A stretch of 64,000 bases of DNA from Patescibacteria group bacterium (GTDB lineage Bacteria > Patescibacteriota > Microgenomatia > UBA1400 > MFAQ01), in assembly GCA_018819325.1 (NCBI GenBank), contig JAHJQJ010000083.1, forward strand, positions 1,067 through 65,066, given 5' to 3'. Shown piece after piece: positions 18,463 to 27,727 of this stretch; within the stretch, counting starts at the first letter, position 1; each line of letters opens with the position of its first letter. The notes beneath the pieces were generated by a model, which was not told the DNA's origin, ran no database searches, and saw only the letters and a list, made by a program, of their open reading frames with translations. Position numbers and translations under genes: made by a program.

Positions 18463-19890
18463 TCACCAGGGAACTGTTCCTTTTTTCCAATATTGTGTTT
18501 GAAGCGATTGCATCAATTCCGACATCTCATTCTCATTCATTACCTGAAGAGTAGTTGCCAGAGCATCTATTGTATAAGATAATGTAATTCCCTCTACTAA
18601 TTGATATACGATCTTCAGTTCGTTTGCTTCATCAGGATATTTTTCTGTAGCAAAAACCCTAAAAGTAGCAGCAGTAATTTCACCCGTGCTGTTAAGAATG
18701 TTAATCAAATCTTGTTTGCATTGGTCTGAGAGATTACTTTCGTTTATAGTTTTTAATATCTCGTTCTTGATATTATCTTCATTTGCTCGCATCTGTTCGG
18801 AAATTTTGTTTAATAATTGAATCCTCCAAGTATGACCAGAAGGCATGTAATAGAATGGCGTTTTGTCAGGAGTATTGAATGAAAGTTTGTAGCCCCACGG
18901 TGCATATGGGATTTCTTCTGTTTGAAAGTATGATGTAAGTTGTACCTCATCATTTCCACCATATTCATTACACATAATTGGCACCTGAAAGTTGTTCTGA
19001 AATGTTTGATACTGCTGCACCTTACTTTGGCTCTCTCCAAGAGATAAGTAAGTATGGAATATATAAACAATGTTGTCTCCAAGGGAAGGTGGATTGAACA
19101 TACTGAGATCATAAGCATAATTGTTGCCATCTAAAAAAATTATGTGCTTATTATCAATTGTGCGAATAGCAGTAATGGCTTGTTGATATAATGAAACAAG
19201 TTGTGTACCTTCTGGTGCTTCTGGTTCATTGAGTAATTCATATCCAACCACTGTTGGCTCATCCTTATACCTTTGTGCCAAAATCTTCCATAAGTTGATA
19301 AATTGTTGCTGATAAGTAGTATTACTCCATAAATAAGCATTCCCATCGCTGTCTGAATGATACGCAGTATTCTGACTACCCGGGGCAACTTGCAAATCAA
19401 TCATAACATAAATTCCATTATTTTTTGCCCAAGAAATTGCTTCATCTAATTTTGTAAGTTGTCCTTCTTGTACATAGCGATGATGAAATGGTAAGCGGAT
19501 AAAATTAAGTCCCATAGATTTTGCACCGGCAAAATCTTCTGCTAAAATGTAATTTGCTAAAATTAAATTAAAGAAATTGTCAACTTCTGTCTTAGGCATT
19601 CTTTTCTCCATCTCATTGCGTAGTTGATGTTCAGGATTATTAGGTAATTCCAATGCTCCACCTTCCCAGAGTAGCCAGCAACCAAAGTTCACCCCTTTCA
19701 AGAATACTTTCTCACCTGATTCATTTACAATATCTTTTCCTTGAGTCTTTAAGAAGGATAAATTTGTAGTGGGTGGTGTAGGTGCAATTATTGTTTCCTT
19801 CTTATTACGACAATAGAAAAAGGCAAACGCTCCAAAAAGAAGCAAAATTACCATTAAAACCCCAATTTTTTTCATATTTTTTCTTTTCAT
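18463..19890 (-). CDS. Glycoside hydrolase family 5 (cellulase/beta-glycanase-like), secreted - first cassette ORF
   Basis: Catalytic acid/base LLNEPEAP and nucleophile IMCNEYGG; N-terminal signal/TM. Alternative start at 19875. Confidence 0.8.
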   Translation of the reverse strand: MKRKNMKKIGVLMVILLLFGAFAFFYCRNKKETIIAPTPPTTNLSFLKTQGKDIVNESGEKVFLKGVNFGCWLLWEGGALELPNNPEHQLRNEMEKRMPKTEVDNFFNLILANYILAEDFAGAKSMGLNFIRLPFHHRYVQEGQLTKLDEAISWAKNNGIYVMIDLQVAPGSQNTAYHSDSDGNAYLWSNTTYQQQFINLWKILAQRYKDEPTVVGYELLNEPEAPEGTQLVSLYQQAITAIRTIDNKHIIFLDGNNYAYDLSMFNPPSLGDNIVYIFHTYLSLGESQSKVQQYQTFQNNFQVPIMCNEYGGNDEVQLTSYFQTEEIPYAPWGYKLSFNTPDKTPFYYMPSGHTWRIQLLNKISEQMRANEDNIKNEILKTINESNLSDQCKQDLINILNSTGEITAATFRVFATEKYPDEANELKIVYQLVEGITLSYTIDALATTLQVMNENEMSELMQSLQTQYWKKGTVPW

Positions 19891-19921
19891 AAATTTACCC
19901 CCTACTTTAAGCGACCAATTG

Positions 19922-19998
19922 CGTATAACTAGGGTTTATGCAAACTTTTTGTTTGGATAAACACTGGGGTTTGCGTGAAATGCAAACTTGTGTTATAT
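19922..19998. repeat. Sixth attC-like/attI-position palindrome (GCGTATAAC ... ATGCAAAC x2 ... GTGTTATAT) between the array and the recombinase gene
   Basis: Same end motifs as elements A-E; internal hairpins GTTTGC/GCAAAC and CAAAC/GTTTG. Confidence 0.35.
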
Positions 19999-20034
19999 TT
20001 TTTGTTAGTAATTACTTACATAATATCATAAATA

Positions 20035-20848
20035 ATGATGAGGGTTCTTGAGAAAACAGACAGGTTGTTGCGATTGAGGGGTTATAGTGCTAAAACGCGA
20101 AAAAGTTATTTGTTATATATTAAAAATTATTTATTATTTGCAAAACTACGGAAGCTACAGGAAAGAGATCGAGCCATTGAGCAATATTTGTTGGATAAAC
20201 AACGTAGAGGACTTGCTCCCCAAACCATAAATCTAGCATTAAATGCTGTTAAATTTATGTACAGAAAGGTATTGGATGACAAAAAACCTATTAAGTTTAA
20301 ATGTACCAAGAGAAACAAAAGATTGCCTGTAGTACTTTCTCGTAATGAAATTCAAAAAATAATTGCAGTGATTCAGAATCCAAAGCACAAACTAATGCTT
20401 TCTTTGGCTTACGCGACTGGACTGCGGGTTAGTGAGGTTGTTAACTTGAGGACTGGAGATCTTGCCTGCGACGAGTTGACAGTACATATTAAAAATGCAA
20501 AAGGGAAAAAAGACCGTATAAGTATTTTCCCTGAAAAACTGATTTCTGATATTACAAATTTGATTAAAGAGAAATCTGTGGATAGTTTTGTTTTTGAAAG
20601 TGCTCGGGGAGGTAAGTTAACCACCACTTCTTTGCAAAAGGTTTTTAGAAATGCTTTGGAAAAATCTAAGATACAGAAACCAGCCACGTTTCATAGTTTG
20701 AGGCACAGTTTTGCTACCCACTTGTCTGGAAAATGGAGTTGATGTAAGATACGTGCAGGAGTTGTTGGGACATGCGAATATTAGAACTACGCAAATATAT
20801 ACTAAAGTGACAAATCCTAAATTAAAAAATATTAAGAGTCCGTTGTAA
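20035..20848 (+). pseudogene. Tyrosine site-specific recombinase (XerC/XerD/IntI superfamily) with a +1 frameshift near 20725
   Basis: ORF 20035..20742 ends ...[16 protein letters not shown]. Shifting one base restores the canonical C-terminus [28 protein letters not shown] with catalytic Tyr, ending at TAA 20846-20848. The ~35-aa IntI-specific extra domain before HxLRH is absent. Confidence 0.6.
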
Positions 20849-20852
20849 AAAG

Positions 20853-20874
20853 ATTCTGGACAAGCCAGAATGAC
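20853..20874. repeat. R1 hairpin repeat ATTCTGGACAAGCCAGAATGAC
   Basis: Further copies at 23024-23045, 30720-30743 (reverse complement), 32029-32050, 39451-39603 (cluster) and 57511-57572. Confidence 0.8.
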
Positions 20875-20897
20875 GGATAAGGAAGTATAATATCTTT

Positions 20898-21659
20898 ATG
20901 AGGATTGATGTTTTGACGCTTTTTCCAGAAATGTTTGAGGGACCGTTTAGTGAGAGTATTTTAAAAAGGGCTCAGGAGGATGGGAAAATTGATATACGGG
21001 TACATAATTTGAGAGACTGGGCGGAAGATAAACATAGGACTACTGATCTGCCTCCGTATGGCGGAGGACCTGGAATGGTGATGAAGATTGATGTGATTGA
21101 TAGGGCGGTGGAGGGGTTGAAAAAACAGATGGATTCCACCCCGGGGGAGACTTCCGCTCCGCTACAGCCACCCGCCGGGGAGAAATCCCATGTGGTGCTA
21201 CTTGACACCAAGGGGTCTGTTTATAACCAGAGGAAGGCCGTGGAGCTTTCTAGGTTTGATCATTTGATATTGATTGCTGGGCATTATGAAGGAGTAGATC
21301 ACAGGGTACATGAGTATGTGGCAGACGAGGTTGTTTCTATTGGTGAGTTTGTTTTAACTGGTGGAGAGATTCCGGCCATGGTGGTGGTAGACAGTGTGGT
21401 TAGACTGGTTCCTGGAGTGCTAGGGAATGCGGAGAGTTTGGAGGAAGAGTCGTATTCTATGATGATGGATTCCACCCCGGGGGTTCGCCGCAGGCGCAAC
21501 ACAACCCCCGGGGAGAAATCCTTGGAATATCCGCAGTATACTAGGCCGGAGGAGTATAAAGACTGGAAAGTACCAGAGGTGCTTTTGTCTGGAGATCATA
21601 AAAAAATTGAAGAGTGGAGGAGGGGTTATTTTTTGGGGAGACCTACAGGAATCAAGTAA
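20898..21659 (+). CDS. trmD: tRNA (guanine37-N1)-methyltransferase TrmD, carrying two in-frame GC-rich insertions
   Basis: [13 protein letters not shown]...LLSGDH are TrmD hallmarks. The insertions encode [20 protein letters not shown] and [20 protein letters not shown]. Confidence 0.85.
   Translation: MRIDVLTLFPEMFEGPFSESILKRAQEDGKIDIRVHNLRDWAEDKHRTTDLPPYGGGPGMVMKIDVIDRAVEGLKKQMDSTPGETSAPLQPPAGEKSHVVLLDTKGSVYNQRKAVELSRFDHLILIAGHYEGVDHRVHEYVADEVVSIGEFVLTGGEIPAMVVVDSVVRLVPGVLGNAESLEEESYSMMMDSTPGVRRRRNTTPGEKSLEYPQYTRPEEYKDWKVPEVLLSGDHKKIEEWRRGYFLGRPTGIK
21131..21190. repeat. R4 GC-rich palindromic insertion (CCACCCCGGGGGAG-N-GCCACCCGCCGGGGAGA) inside trmD
   Basis: Other copies at 21466-21525 (in trmD) and 25325-25385 (in the surface-protein gene); the GC-rich islands stand out in the AT-rich genes. 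Confidence 0.7.
21466..21525. repeat. R4 GC-rich palindromic insertion, second copy in trmD
   Basis: CCACCCCGGGGG...CCCCCGGGGAGAAATCC. Confidence 0.7.
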
Positions 21660-22360
21660 ATAATGGTTTCTTCTTCTGGAATTTGCAGGATTTCTTTTAA
21701 TACGTCTTGATCAATATTACTTATTTCTGCCATGCCTAAGCCTAAACTTTCTGACTGTAAGAATAGATTTTGAGTTGCGTGACCTGCTTCTAGGTAGGCT
21801 TCTATTTTGTTTGTGTTGCTGGTGATAATTAAAATTAATGGGGCGTGTTGGAGGGAGTATTGCTTGGTGTTTTCTATAAACAGCTGACGAAGATCAGCCT
21901 TGTATAAAGAATAAAGTTGATGGGCTGGTTGAAGATCCCCTGGAATATATTTATAAAGACCTTGGTCTATATCGGTAACTTGATTGGTTACTGCATAAAT
22001 ACTTAGCGGATAAGCTGATTTTGACGAATAAACGGTGCGACCGCCCCAGTCTACGGTTACACCTTGAGCTGACCAAAGTAACTGAGAGAGGTTGTTAAGA
22101 CTTAATGGTTTGTCTTGAAAACTGGTGTAACTTCGCCAATTATTTAAGGCTTTTTCTAGCGAAACTTTTGAGTCTTTATTTGGATAGGGTAAATCAATTA
22201 AATTGGCGTCTGATTCTTGTTCTGTCTGGGGTAAAGAGAGTGTGGTGGAAGTATGAGTTTTGTTAGTTTTAAAAAGAGAAGCTACCACCAACAGGAAGAC
22301 TATGCCTATGGTAGTTAAAGGAACAATGAAGTCTTTCTTTTGCTTTTTTAGGGCAGGCAT
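21626..22360 (-). CDS. SagB/nitroreductase-family dehydrogenase with an N-terminal TM anchor
   Basis: LLWSAQGVT...[17 protein letters not shown] core of the SagB-type nitroreductase fold. Confidence 0.55.
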   Translation of the reverse strand: MPALKKQKKDFIVPLTTIGIVFLLVVASLFKTNKTHTSTTLSLPQTEQESDANLIDLPYPNKDSKVSLEKALNNWRSYTSFQDKPLSLNNLSQLLWSAQGVTVDWGGRTVYSSKSAYPLSIYAVTNQVTDIDQGLYKYIPGDLQPAHQLYSLYKADLRQLFIENTKQYSLQHAPLILIITSNTNKIEAYLEAGHATQNLFLQSESLGLGMAEISNIDQDVLKEILQIPEEETIIYLIPVGLPKK

Positions 22361-22366
22361 GTTCGT

Positions 22367-23002
22367 TTAGATAAACGAGCGAATACTGGCTTTTTCTTTT
22401 TGTTCTGTGAACCAAGTGTTGAATTCTTGTTGTAGTTTTTGATCTAGAAGACCAGTTTTAATTTCTTCTGTGACTTCTTCTAATGTTTTAGTTTCAAACA
22501 TGGCTTTATTTTGTATGTAGTATTGAGATACTTCTTCATCGGTGACTTCTAAGTTAAACAAACCTTGGGCCAGTTTCTTTTGGCCAAGGGTGATTGTTAA
22601 CCTTTCTTTTAGTTGATCTAGAGTTAGTCCATACTGAGCTAAAGTGGTTTCGAATACTTCACCACCACCTAGTTGTGTTTTTAGATTGTTAATTTCTTCT
22701 TCTATATCACCTTCAGTAATTTTTATGTTATTTTCTTTGAGCAAGTCTTTTATTAAAGCTTGGTTTATAAGTTCGTTTAGAGTCTCTTGACCATATCTTT
22801 CGGTTAATAATTTGTTTAGTTCAAAGCGACTGATGGGTTGATAGTTGACAGTAGCTACGATGAATTGGCTTTTGTATTTTTTTGCCAAAAGGAATGAGAC
22901 TGAACCAACCAGAAAAACTATAGCAAGGTTTTTGACAAACTTTGATTTTAGGCTTAGTTCTAATTTTTTAATTTTTTTCTTGGATATTTTTATTTTAGTC
23001 AT
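22367..23002 (-). CDS. SurA N-domain-like/PpiC-type periplasmic chaperone-like protein
   Basis: TM anchor then a coiled, Gln/Glu-rich SurA_N-like region; start at MTKIKIS. Confidence 0.45.
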   Translation of the reverse strand: MTKIKISKKKIKKLELSLKSKFVKNLAIVFLVGSVSFLLAKKYKSQFIVATVNYQPISRFELNKLLTERYGQETLNELINQALIKDLLKENNIKITEGDIEEEINNLKTQLGGGEVFETTLAQYGLTLDQLKERLTITLGQKKLAQGLFNLEVTDEEVSQYYIQNKAMFETKTLEEVTEEIKTGLLDQKLQQEFNTWFTEQKEKASIRSFI

Positions 23003-23049
23003 GTTTGTTATGTTATCACAAAGATTCTGGACAAGCCAGAATGACATTT

Positions 23050-23370
23050 TTAATCTTCAAGTGTAATTGAGTCGTTGAATTCGGGCATGAGTGGGTCTGG
23101 TAGTTGGGGGTTGAACTGACCGATTGATTGTTTTAGTGGGGTGAGACTAGAGTCTATTGGAAGTGTGATGGTAGTGGGAAGATCCGCTGGTTTGGGAATA
23201 TTGATTGACTGATTAGAAAGGAAGGCGATTCTTTTACCTATGGCCAGACCAATAACCAAAACCAGAACGGTGATAATTATTGGAAGGTATTTTTTTAGGG
23301 TCTGACCTTTCTGACGGAGCCGTCCGAGGAGAGATCCTTTGAGACTGATTAGGTTTATTTTAATTGACAT
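23050..23370 (-). CDS. Small membrane-anchored hypothetical protein
   Basis: 106 aa with one TM. Confidence 0.35.
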   Translation of the reverse strand: MSIKINLISLKGSLLGRLRQKGQTLKKYLPIIITVLVLVIGLAIGKRIAFLSNQSINIPKPADLPTTITLPIDSSLTPLKQSIGQFNPQLPDPLMPEFNDSITLED

Positions 23371-24118
23371 AATTCTTTTCTAGGTCTACTAAGATATTTA
23401 CTAGTTCAACCTGAAGGGTTTTTATTTGACTTAGATTTTCTGTTTGCTTGCTGTAGAAACTTGATTTGCTGGAGGTGGTAACTTCTGAAGACTTGATTAT
23501 GTTTATACTTGATAAAATTTTATTGTTAATATTGTCTGCTAACTGGGTGATTTTGTCTAAACCTGCGGAGACAGGAGTTAAGGTTTTGTCACTTATTTTG
23601 GGCAAAAGATCATCGTAGGCATTTTTGATATCTGTTTGCAAACGAATTAATATGGCTAATTTATTGGTAGCTAAGGACTTGATAATTTCAGTTTGATAAG
23701 GCGGTTGAGTTGCAAGATACTCTTTGGTGAATTTGGTAAGATCTTCTACATTGACGATATTTTTGGCTAATATTATTTGATTTTTATAAAATTCTTGGGC
23801 ACTAATTAGTTCGCTTTCTGTTTGAAGTATGTAACCTTGAGTAGGGTTTTGAGATCTAATTGAACTTAGAATAACTTCTATATAGACGATTTTTGTTGTA
23901 TCTCTACTTATGATTGTTTGCTTGGCGGCCTGGAGAGCTTTTTGCTGATTGTCTAAGGTGGGATTTTTTTGATTGTCTTCTTTTAAAACCTTGAACTCTG
24001 TATTGTGTTTTCTGTATTGTGTAAGTTGATATTCGTAGTCTGATTGAGGAGAAGTAGCCTGAATACTAGAGGTAGAGAGTAAGATTATAAATAAGAATGA
24101 AATTAATTTAGCGATCAT
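23360..24118 (-). CDS. Secreted hypothetical protein
   Basis: Signal peptide followed by polar repeats. Confidence 0.4.
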   Translation of the reverse strand: MIAKLISFLFIILLSTSSIQATSPQSDYEYQLTQYRKHNTEFKVLKEDNQKNPTLDNQQKALQAAKQTIISRDTTKIVYIEVILSSIRSQNPTQGYILQTESELISAQEFYKNQIILAKNIVNVEDLTKFTKEYLATQPPYQTEIIKSLATNKLAILIRLQTDIKNAYDDLLPKISDKTLTPVSAGLDKITQLADNINNKILSSINIIKSSEVTTSSKSSFYSKQTENLSQIKTLQVELVNILVDLEKNYVN

Positions 24119-24124
24119 TAAATG

Positions 24125-24355
24125 TTAAGGGATGCTTATTATTAACCATAATCCTAGCATAGCTATAATAAAATATTCTAGGGCGATTTTTGGATGAAGT
24201 GATTTTTCTCTTTTGTGATGCCATAATCCCCAGATAAAGTAAAGTAGGGTAAAACCAATGGTGAGAAACTTGATGTATTGGTGGCTAAAACTGGTGAGTA
24301 ACACCAAAGAAAGATAGGTTACAACTAGAAACAAAAGGGCAATGTAATCAATCAT
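24125..24355 (-). CDS. Small integral membrane protein
   Basis: 76 aa with two TM helices. Confidence 0.3.
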   Translation of the reverse strand: MIDYIALLFLVVTYLSLVLLTSFSHQYIKFLTIGFTLLYFIWGLWHHKREKSLHPKIALEYFIIAMLGLWLIISIP

Positions 24356-25194
24356 AGAACTATTCCGTGTTTAATAATGATGGCCACAACCAAGATGGCG
24401 ATGAAAAATGTGGTATGGGCCCAACTTTTACCAGAAATTCTAACTAATTTTTTTCTAAAGACAAAGAACCAGTCGAGACTTAGAGTAACCAGTAGGAGGA
24501 TAATAAATGACAAGGAGATAATTTTAGACATGGTGAAAGAGGAAATGGCGGTGTTTAAGTTGTTGGAAATGTCTTGAGTGGCATAAGCCTTACTGACGAA
24601 CTCTGATGATCCCAAGATGGACGTTTGTTCTGATGATGAAGAACCAAACATTTGAACTACTAATGTCGTTTCCTTTCCGTTAATTGTGCCATTTACTACG
24701 GCGACTCCAATATTTTCAAATCTTGAGTCTAGGATATTTTTCTTATGAGTAGGTGAGGCCATCCAGGCAGAGACCACTTCTGCAGAATTTTCAAAATCTC
24801 TGGCTAGATTTTCACCTGCGTGCTTGTATTGGTAATCTGCTTGGGAAATGAAGTACCAAGGTTCTGTACCGCTGGGTGAAGCGTGTGACCAGTAGTTGCT
24901 AGCAAACATATCTGAGGCTTTGGCTAAGGCGGCTTGGTTTAGTTTGTTGCTGGTGGTAAGTGATTTCTGGTCATTTTGTAGACGTTGGTTGTTGGTTAGG
25001 ATGATTATTTTTTCTGGATCGATGTTGGTGGCAAATCCTAATATCTTTGGTTGTAGCACTGATAACATGCTAATAACTGACTGAGCCATGATTAAGACGC
25101 CAAGCAGGGTTAGTAGTGAGTTAGTATGGAGAATTTTTGGTTTGTGATTGTTCTTATGGTGTGGAACAAACAAACGATAGGTGGTGGACAGCAT
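24352..25194 (-). CDS. CAP/SCP/PR-1 domain protein with flanking TM segments
   Basis: HAGENLA...SPTHKKNILD...NIGVAV CAP-domain motifs. Confidence 0.55.
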   Translation of the reverse strand: MLSTTYRLFVPHHKNNHKPKILHTNSLLTLLGVLIMAQSVISMLSVLQPKILGFATNIDPEKIIILTNNQRLQNDQKSLTTSNKLNQAALAKASDMFASNYWSHASPSGTEPWYFISQADYQYKHAGENLARDFENSAEVVSAWMASPTHKKNILDSRFENIGVAVVNGTINGKETTLVVQMFGSSSSEQTSILGSSEFVSKAYATQDISNNLNTAISSFTMSKIISLSFIILLLVTLSLDWFFVFRKKLVRISGKSWAHTTFFIAILVVAIIIKHGIVL

Positions 25195-25206
25195 GAGTTT
25201 ATTATG

Positions 25207-26445
25207 TCAAATTTTACGCCGTCTGGAAAGGAGATAAAATAGATATGAAAACGAGATAAATATAGACAAAATCAGCATCCAAGTTTTGGGTTTTTCTGTG
25301 GTGGTTTTACCAAGGACTTCCTTAACTTCAGCCACCCCGGGGGAGTCCTTCACTGTGTTACGGCCACCCGCCGGGGAGACTTCCGTTGGTTGCCATGAGT
25401 AAGGTGAACTAAAAGCGGAATCGGCCGAGTTGACCAAGGTAGTTAAATCTGTCAAGGGATCGCTTGCATCAGATGTATCGTCTGATGAGGTTTCGGAGGT
25501 GGTGGTTGTGGATGTTGTGGAAGAAATGTTGTCGAAGGTAACTGGCCTGATTGTTGTGGTCCATTCTCCAGCATTATCTTTAGTTTTTACCTGCAAATAA
25601 TATTGACCGTTTGAGTAATTGTTTGTATTTATCTGACAGGAAATTGAGATAGATGTAGTAGAGTAAATTGTTGCCTGTAGGCAGGTAATAACTAGATTTT
25701 GATTTTCGTCTAGTAAGTTTAACTGGTATTCTGTGATGCCAAAGTCGTCCGTGGCTGAAGCACTGAAGGTTATCTCACCTTTAAGTACCTGATTTTCGTT
25801 TGGAGCACTGATCGTGCTTACTGGAGGAGAGTTGGTTAGTGTGTTGTAGTAGTCTATGTCTAGTTTAATCAGATCTATAATGGATGAGAGGTTAGCATAG
25901 CCGTCGTCACCGTAAATCGAAAGTCTAGTTAATAGATTGTTTAAACTAGTGGCGTTTAAGTAACTTGCTGGCAATGAGACTTGTGAAGTGCTGTAATTAT
26001 TTGGTGTTGCTGGCCAAAGATTGGTAGATAAAACTTCCCAGGTTGAACCATTATCCTTGGAGATTTCTAGTTTAATATCGTAGTTTAACCCCTTTGAGCC
26101 TTGAACTTCGTTTACTTGATGAGAAATTATGAGATTTGAACTTAAAATAGTATCTGTTGATAAAAGATTAGGATCTTCAAAATCAAACATTAAATATCGG
26201 TCTGGGGTAAAGTATATCTGTGGCCAGGCTCCGTTTGCAAAAAGACCCGTATGGTCTTTGATTTGATAGCCTTGGTTGTCTTGAGTGTTTAAGTTGGACA
26301 ACTCTTGATCCGAAAGGCTACAGGTGTAGATGGAGTTGCAAAAATTACCGTCGCTAGCTTGGTCGGTAACGATTGATAAAGAAAACGACTTGGCACTTAT
26401 AGTGGTGGCAAGAGGAAATAACGCTACCACAAGACAGGAAGCCAC
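25207..26445 (-). CDS. Cell-surface protein (signal peptide, Ser/Thr-rich linker, C-terminal TM anchor) with an R4 in-frame insertion
   Basis: GTG start; ...TTSTTTTSETSSDDTSD...; C-terminal KTWMLILSIFISFSYLFYLLSRRRKI. Confidence 0.45.
   Translation of the reverse strand: MASCLVVALFPLATTISAKSFSLSIVTDQASDGNFCNSIYTCSLSDQELSNLNTQDNQGYQIKDHTGLFANGAWPQIYFTPDRYLMFDFEDPNLLSTDTILSSNLIISHQVNEVQGSKGLNYDIKLEISKDNGSTWEVLSTNLWPATPNNYSTSQVSLPASYLNATSLNNLLTRLSIYGDDGYANLSSIIDLIKLDIDYYNTLTNSPPVSTISAPNENQVLKGEITFSASATDDFGITEYQLNLLDENQNLVITCLQATIYSTTSISISCQINTNNYSNGQYYLQVKTKDNAGEWTTTIRPVTFDNISSTTSTTTTSETSSDDTSDASDPLTDLTTLVNSADSAFSSPYSWQPTEVSPAGGRNTVKDSPGVAEVKEVLGKTTTEKPKTWMLILSIFISFSYLFYLLSRRRKI
25325..25385. 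repeat. R4 GC-rich insertion, third copy (encodes ...VSPAGGRNTVKDSPGVAEV...)
   Basis: CAGCCACCCCGGGGGAG...GGCCACCCGCCGGGGAGA. Confidence 0.65.
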
Positions 26446-26518
26446 AAATAAATGATGTGTAATAATTTTTTTTATTATCAGATACCTTGACTATATCAAA
26501 AAGACCTCCGTAATTGGA

Positions 26519-26650
26519 AGTCTTTTTAGTTGCCCGGCGATGATCTATTTTCGCATTCAGTCGCCCGAATACTATCGTCAACGCTGACCTGTTTCACTTC
26601 TGAGTTCGAAATGGGATCAGGTGGGGCCAGATCGCTTTGATCACCGGACA
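26519..26650 (-). rRNA. rrf: 5S rRNA
   Basis: The reverse complement contains CCCACCTGATCCCATTTCGAACTCAGAAGTGAAAC, the universal 5S loop B/C region, and helix I forms between its ends. Confidence 0.75.
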
Positions 26651-27005
26651 GATAAGGAAACCTTGATTTACTTATCTGCACAGTGATAAAGATTTATTTT
26701 AAGGTTCACTTACCCTCTAAAAAGTGAATAGATTAGTATAAGTAGATCACTAATAATTTATCTACTTTTCGACCATTAGTAAGGGTCGGCTAAATACATT
26801 GCTGCACTTACACCTCCCTCCTATCAACGTAGTAATCTCCTACGGGTCTTTCAGTCGCCCGAAGGCGACTATGGATTTCTCATCTTGGGAACGGCTTCCC
26901 GCTTAGATGCATTCAGCGGTTATCACGTACCAATGTAGCTACCCAGCAGTGCTCTTGACAGAAACAACTGGTTCACTAGGGATTGGCTCATCTCGGTCCT
27001 CTCGT

Positions 27006-27309
27006 CATGTACTCCTCTGTTACCAGAGGCATAGACTATACCTTCATCCTCCTAAAAATCTTAGGATAGGATGTTTGCCGTATTATAAGTGTGTATATTT
27101 ATCCATCAAAGATGGAGGAACACTTATCTTCACCTTGAACATTACTTCAAGGATTCAGTCGTTACAGGGATTATCTTATTTTAAAACATGATAATCTTCC
27201 CTCGGTATTGTCCTCTAAAGCCCTGGGACCATGGCTATAATTATAGAGGATTTCACCGATTTGGACAAATTTTTCTTTCTCCACATTACTGTGGAATGTA
27301 GCATTTTTT
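27006..27309 (-). ncRNA. Putative ORF-less group I intron (~304 nt) splitting the sarcin-ricin loop (E. coli ~2655)
   Basis: Removing it restores CTCTAGT|ACGAGAGGACC. The 5' exon ends in U and the intron ends in G; a P1 helix UAGU/GCUA is possible; it shares GGGAAGAU, GACUGA and AUAGUC segments with the second intron. Confidence 0.6.
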
Positions 27310-27344
27310 ACTAGAGACAAACTCCCTCAAAAATCCAACGCTGG

Positions 27345-27390
<46 letters not shown>

Positions 27391-27461
27391 ACGTAGCGCT
27401 TTAATGGGCGAACAGACCAACCCTTGGGAGCTTCTTCACCCCCAGGATGCGCTGAGCCGAC

Positions 27462-27727
27462 CAAATGGCTCCATCTATTACTAGTGGTTTGGACTATATC
27501 TTTCAAAATTAATTACCTTTTCTTATCCTTTTGGTAACTAAATTGAGTTGGCGTGTGTACAGTTCTCCAATGAAGAACTATCTCAATTCCGATTAAATCG
27601 GAATATCAGTCTCTACGGGGATCTCGATCATGGATCGGATCTTCCCACGGGGTTAACCTTTGGTTGTTCATTTCCAAGGCATTCTCCGTTATTAGCCAAC
27701 TTTATCCTCGACATTCGTTCTTGGTTT
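27462..27727 (-). ncRNA. Putative ORF-less group I intron (~266 nt) after the equivalent of E. coli U2504 in the peptidyl-transferase ring
   Basis: Removing it restores ACCTCGAT|GTCGGCTCA. The 5' exon ends in U and the intron ends in G; a P1 helix CCUCGAU/GUCGAGG with a U-G pair at the splice site is read directly from the sequence. Confidence 0.65.

Noticed and set aside
18810-19400. ORFs 18810..19130 and 19140..19400 on the minus strand
   Set aside because: They are alternative frames wholly inside the well-supported GH5 gene.
13690-20000. The repeat array as a possible CRISPR locus
   Set aside because: The repeats are not identical, are 91-128 nt long, are individually palindromic with variable stems, are separated by full-length genes rather than 30-40 nt spacers, and no cas genes are present.
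20035-20848. Calling the recombinase a bona fide IntI integron integrase
   Set aside because: The IntI-specific additional domain between the KDR box and HxLRH is missing and the gene is frameshifted, so it is reported only as an IntI/Xer-superfamily recombinase.
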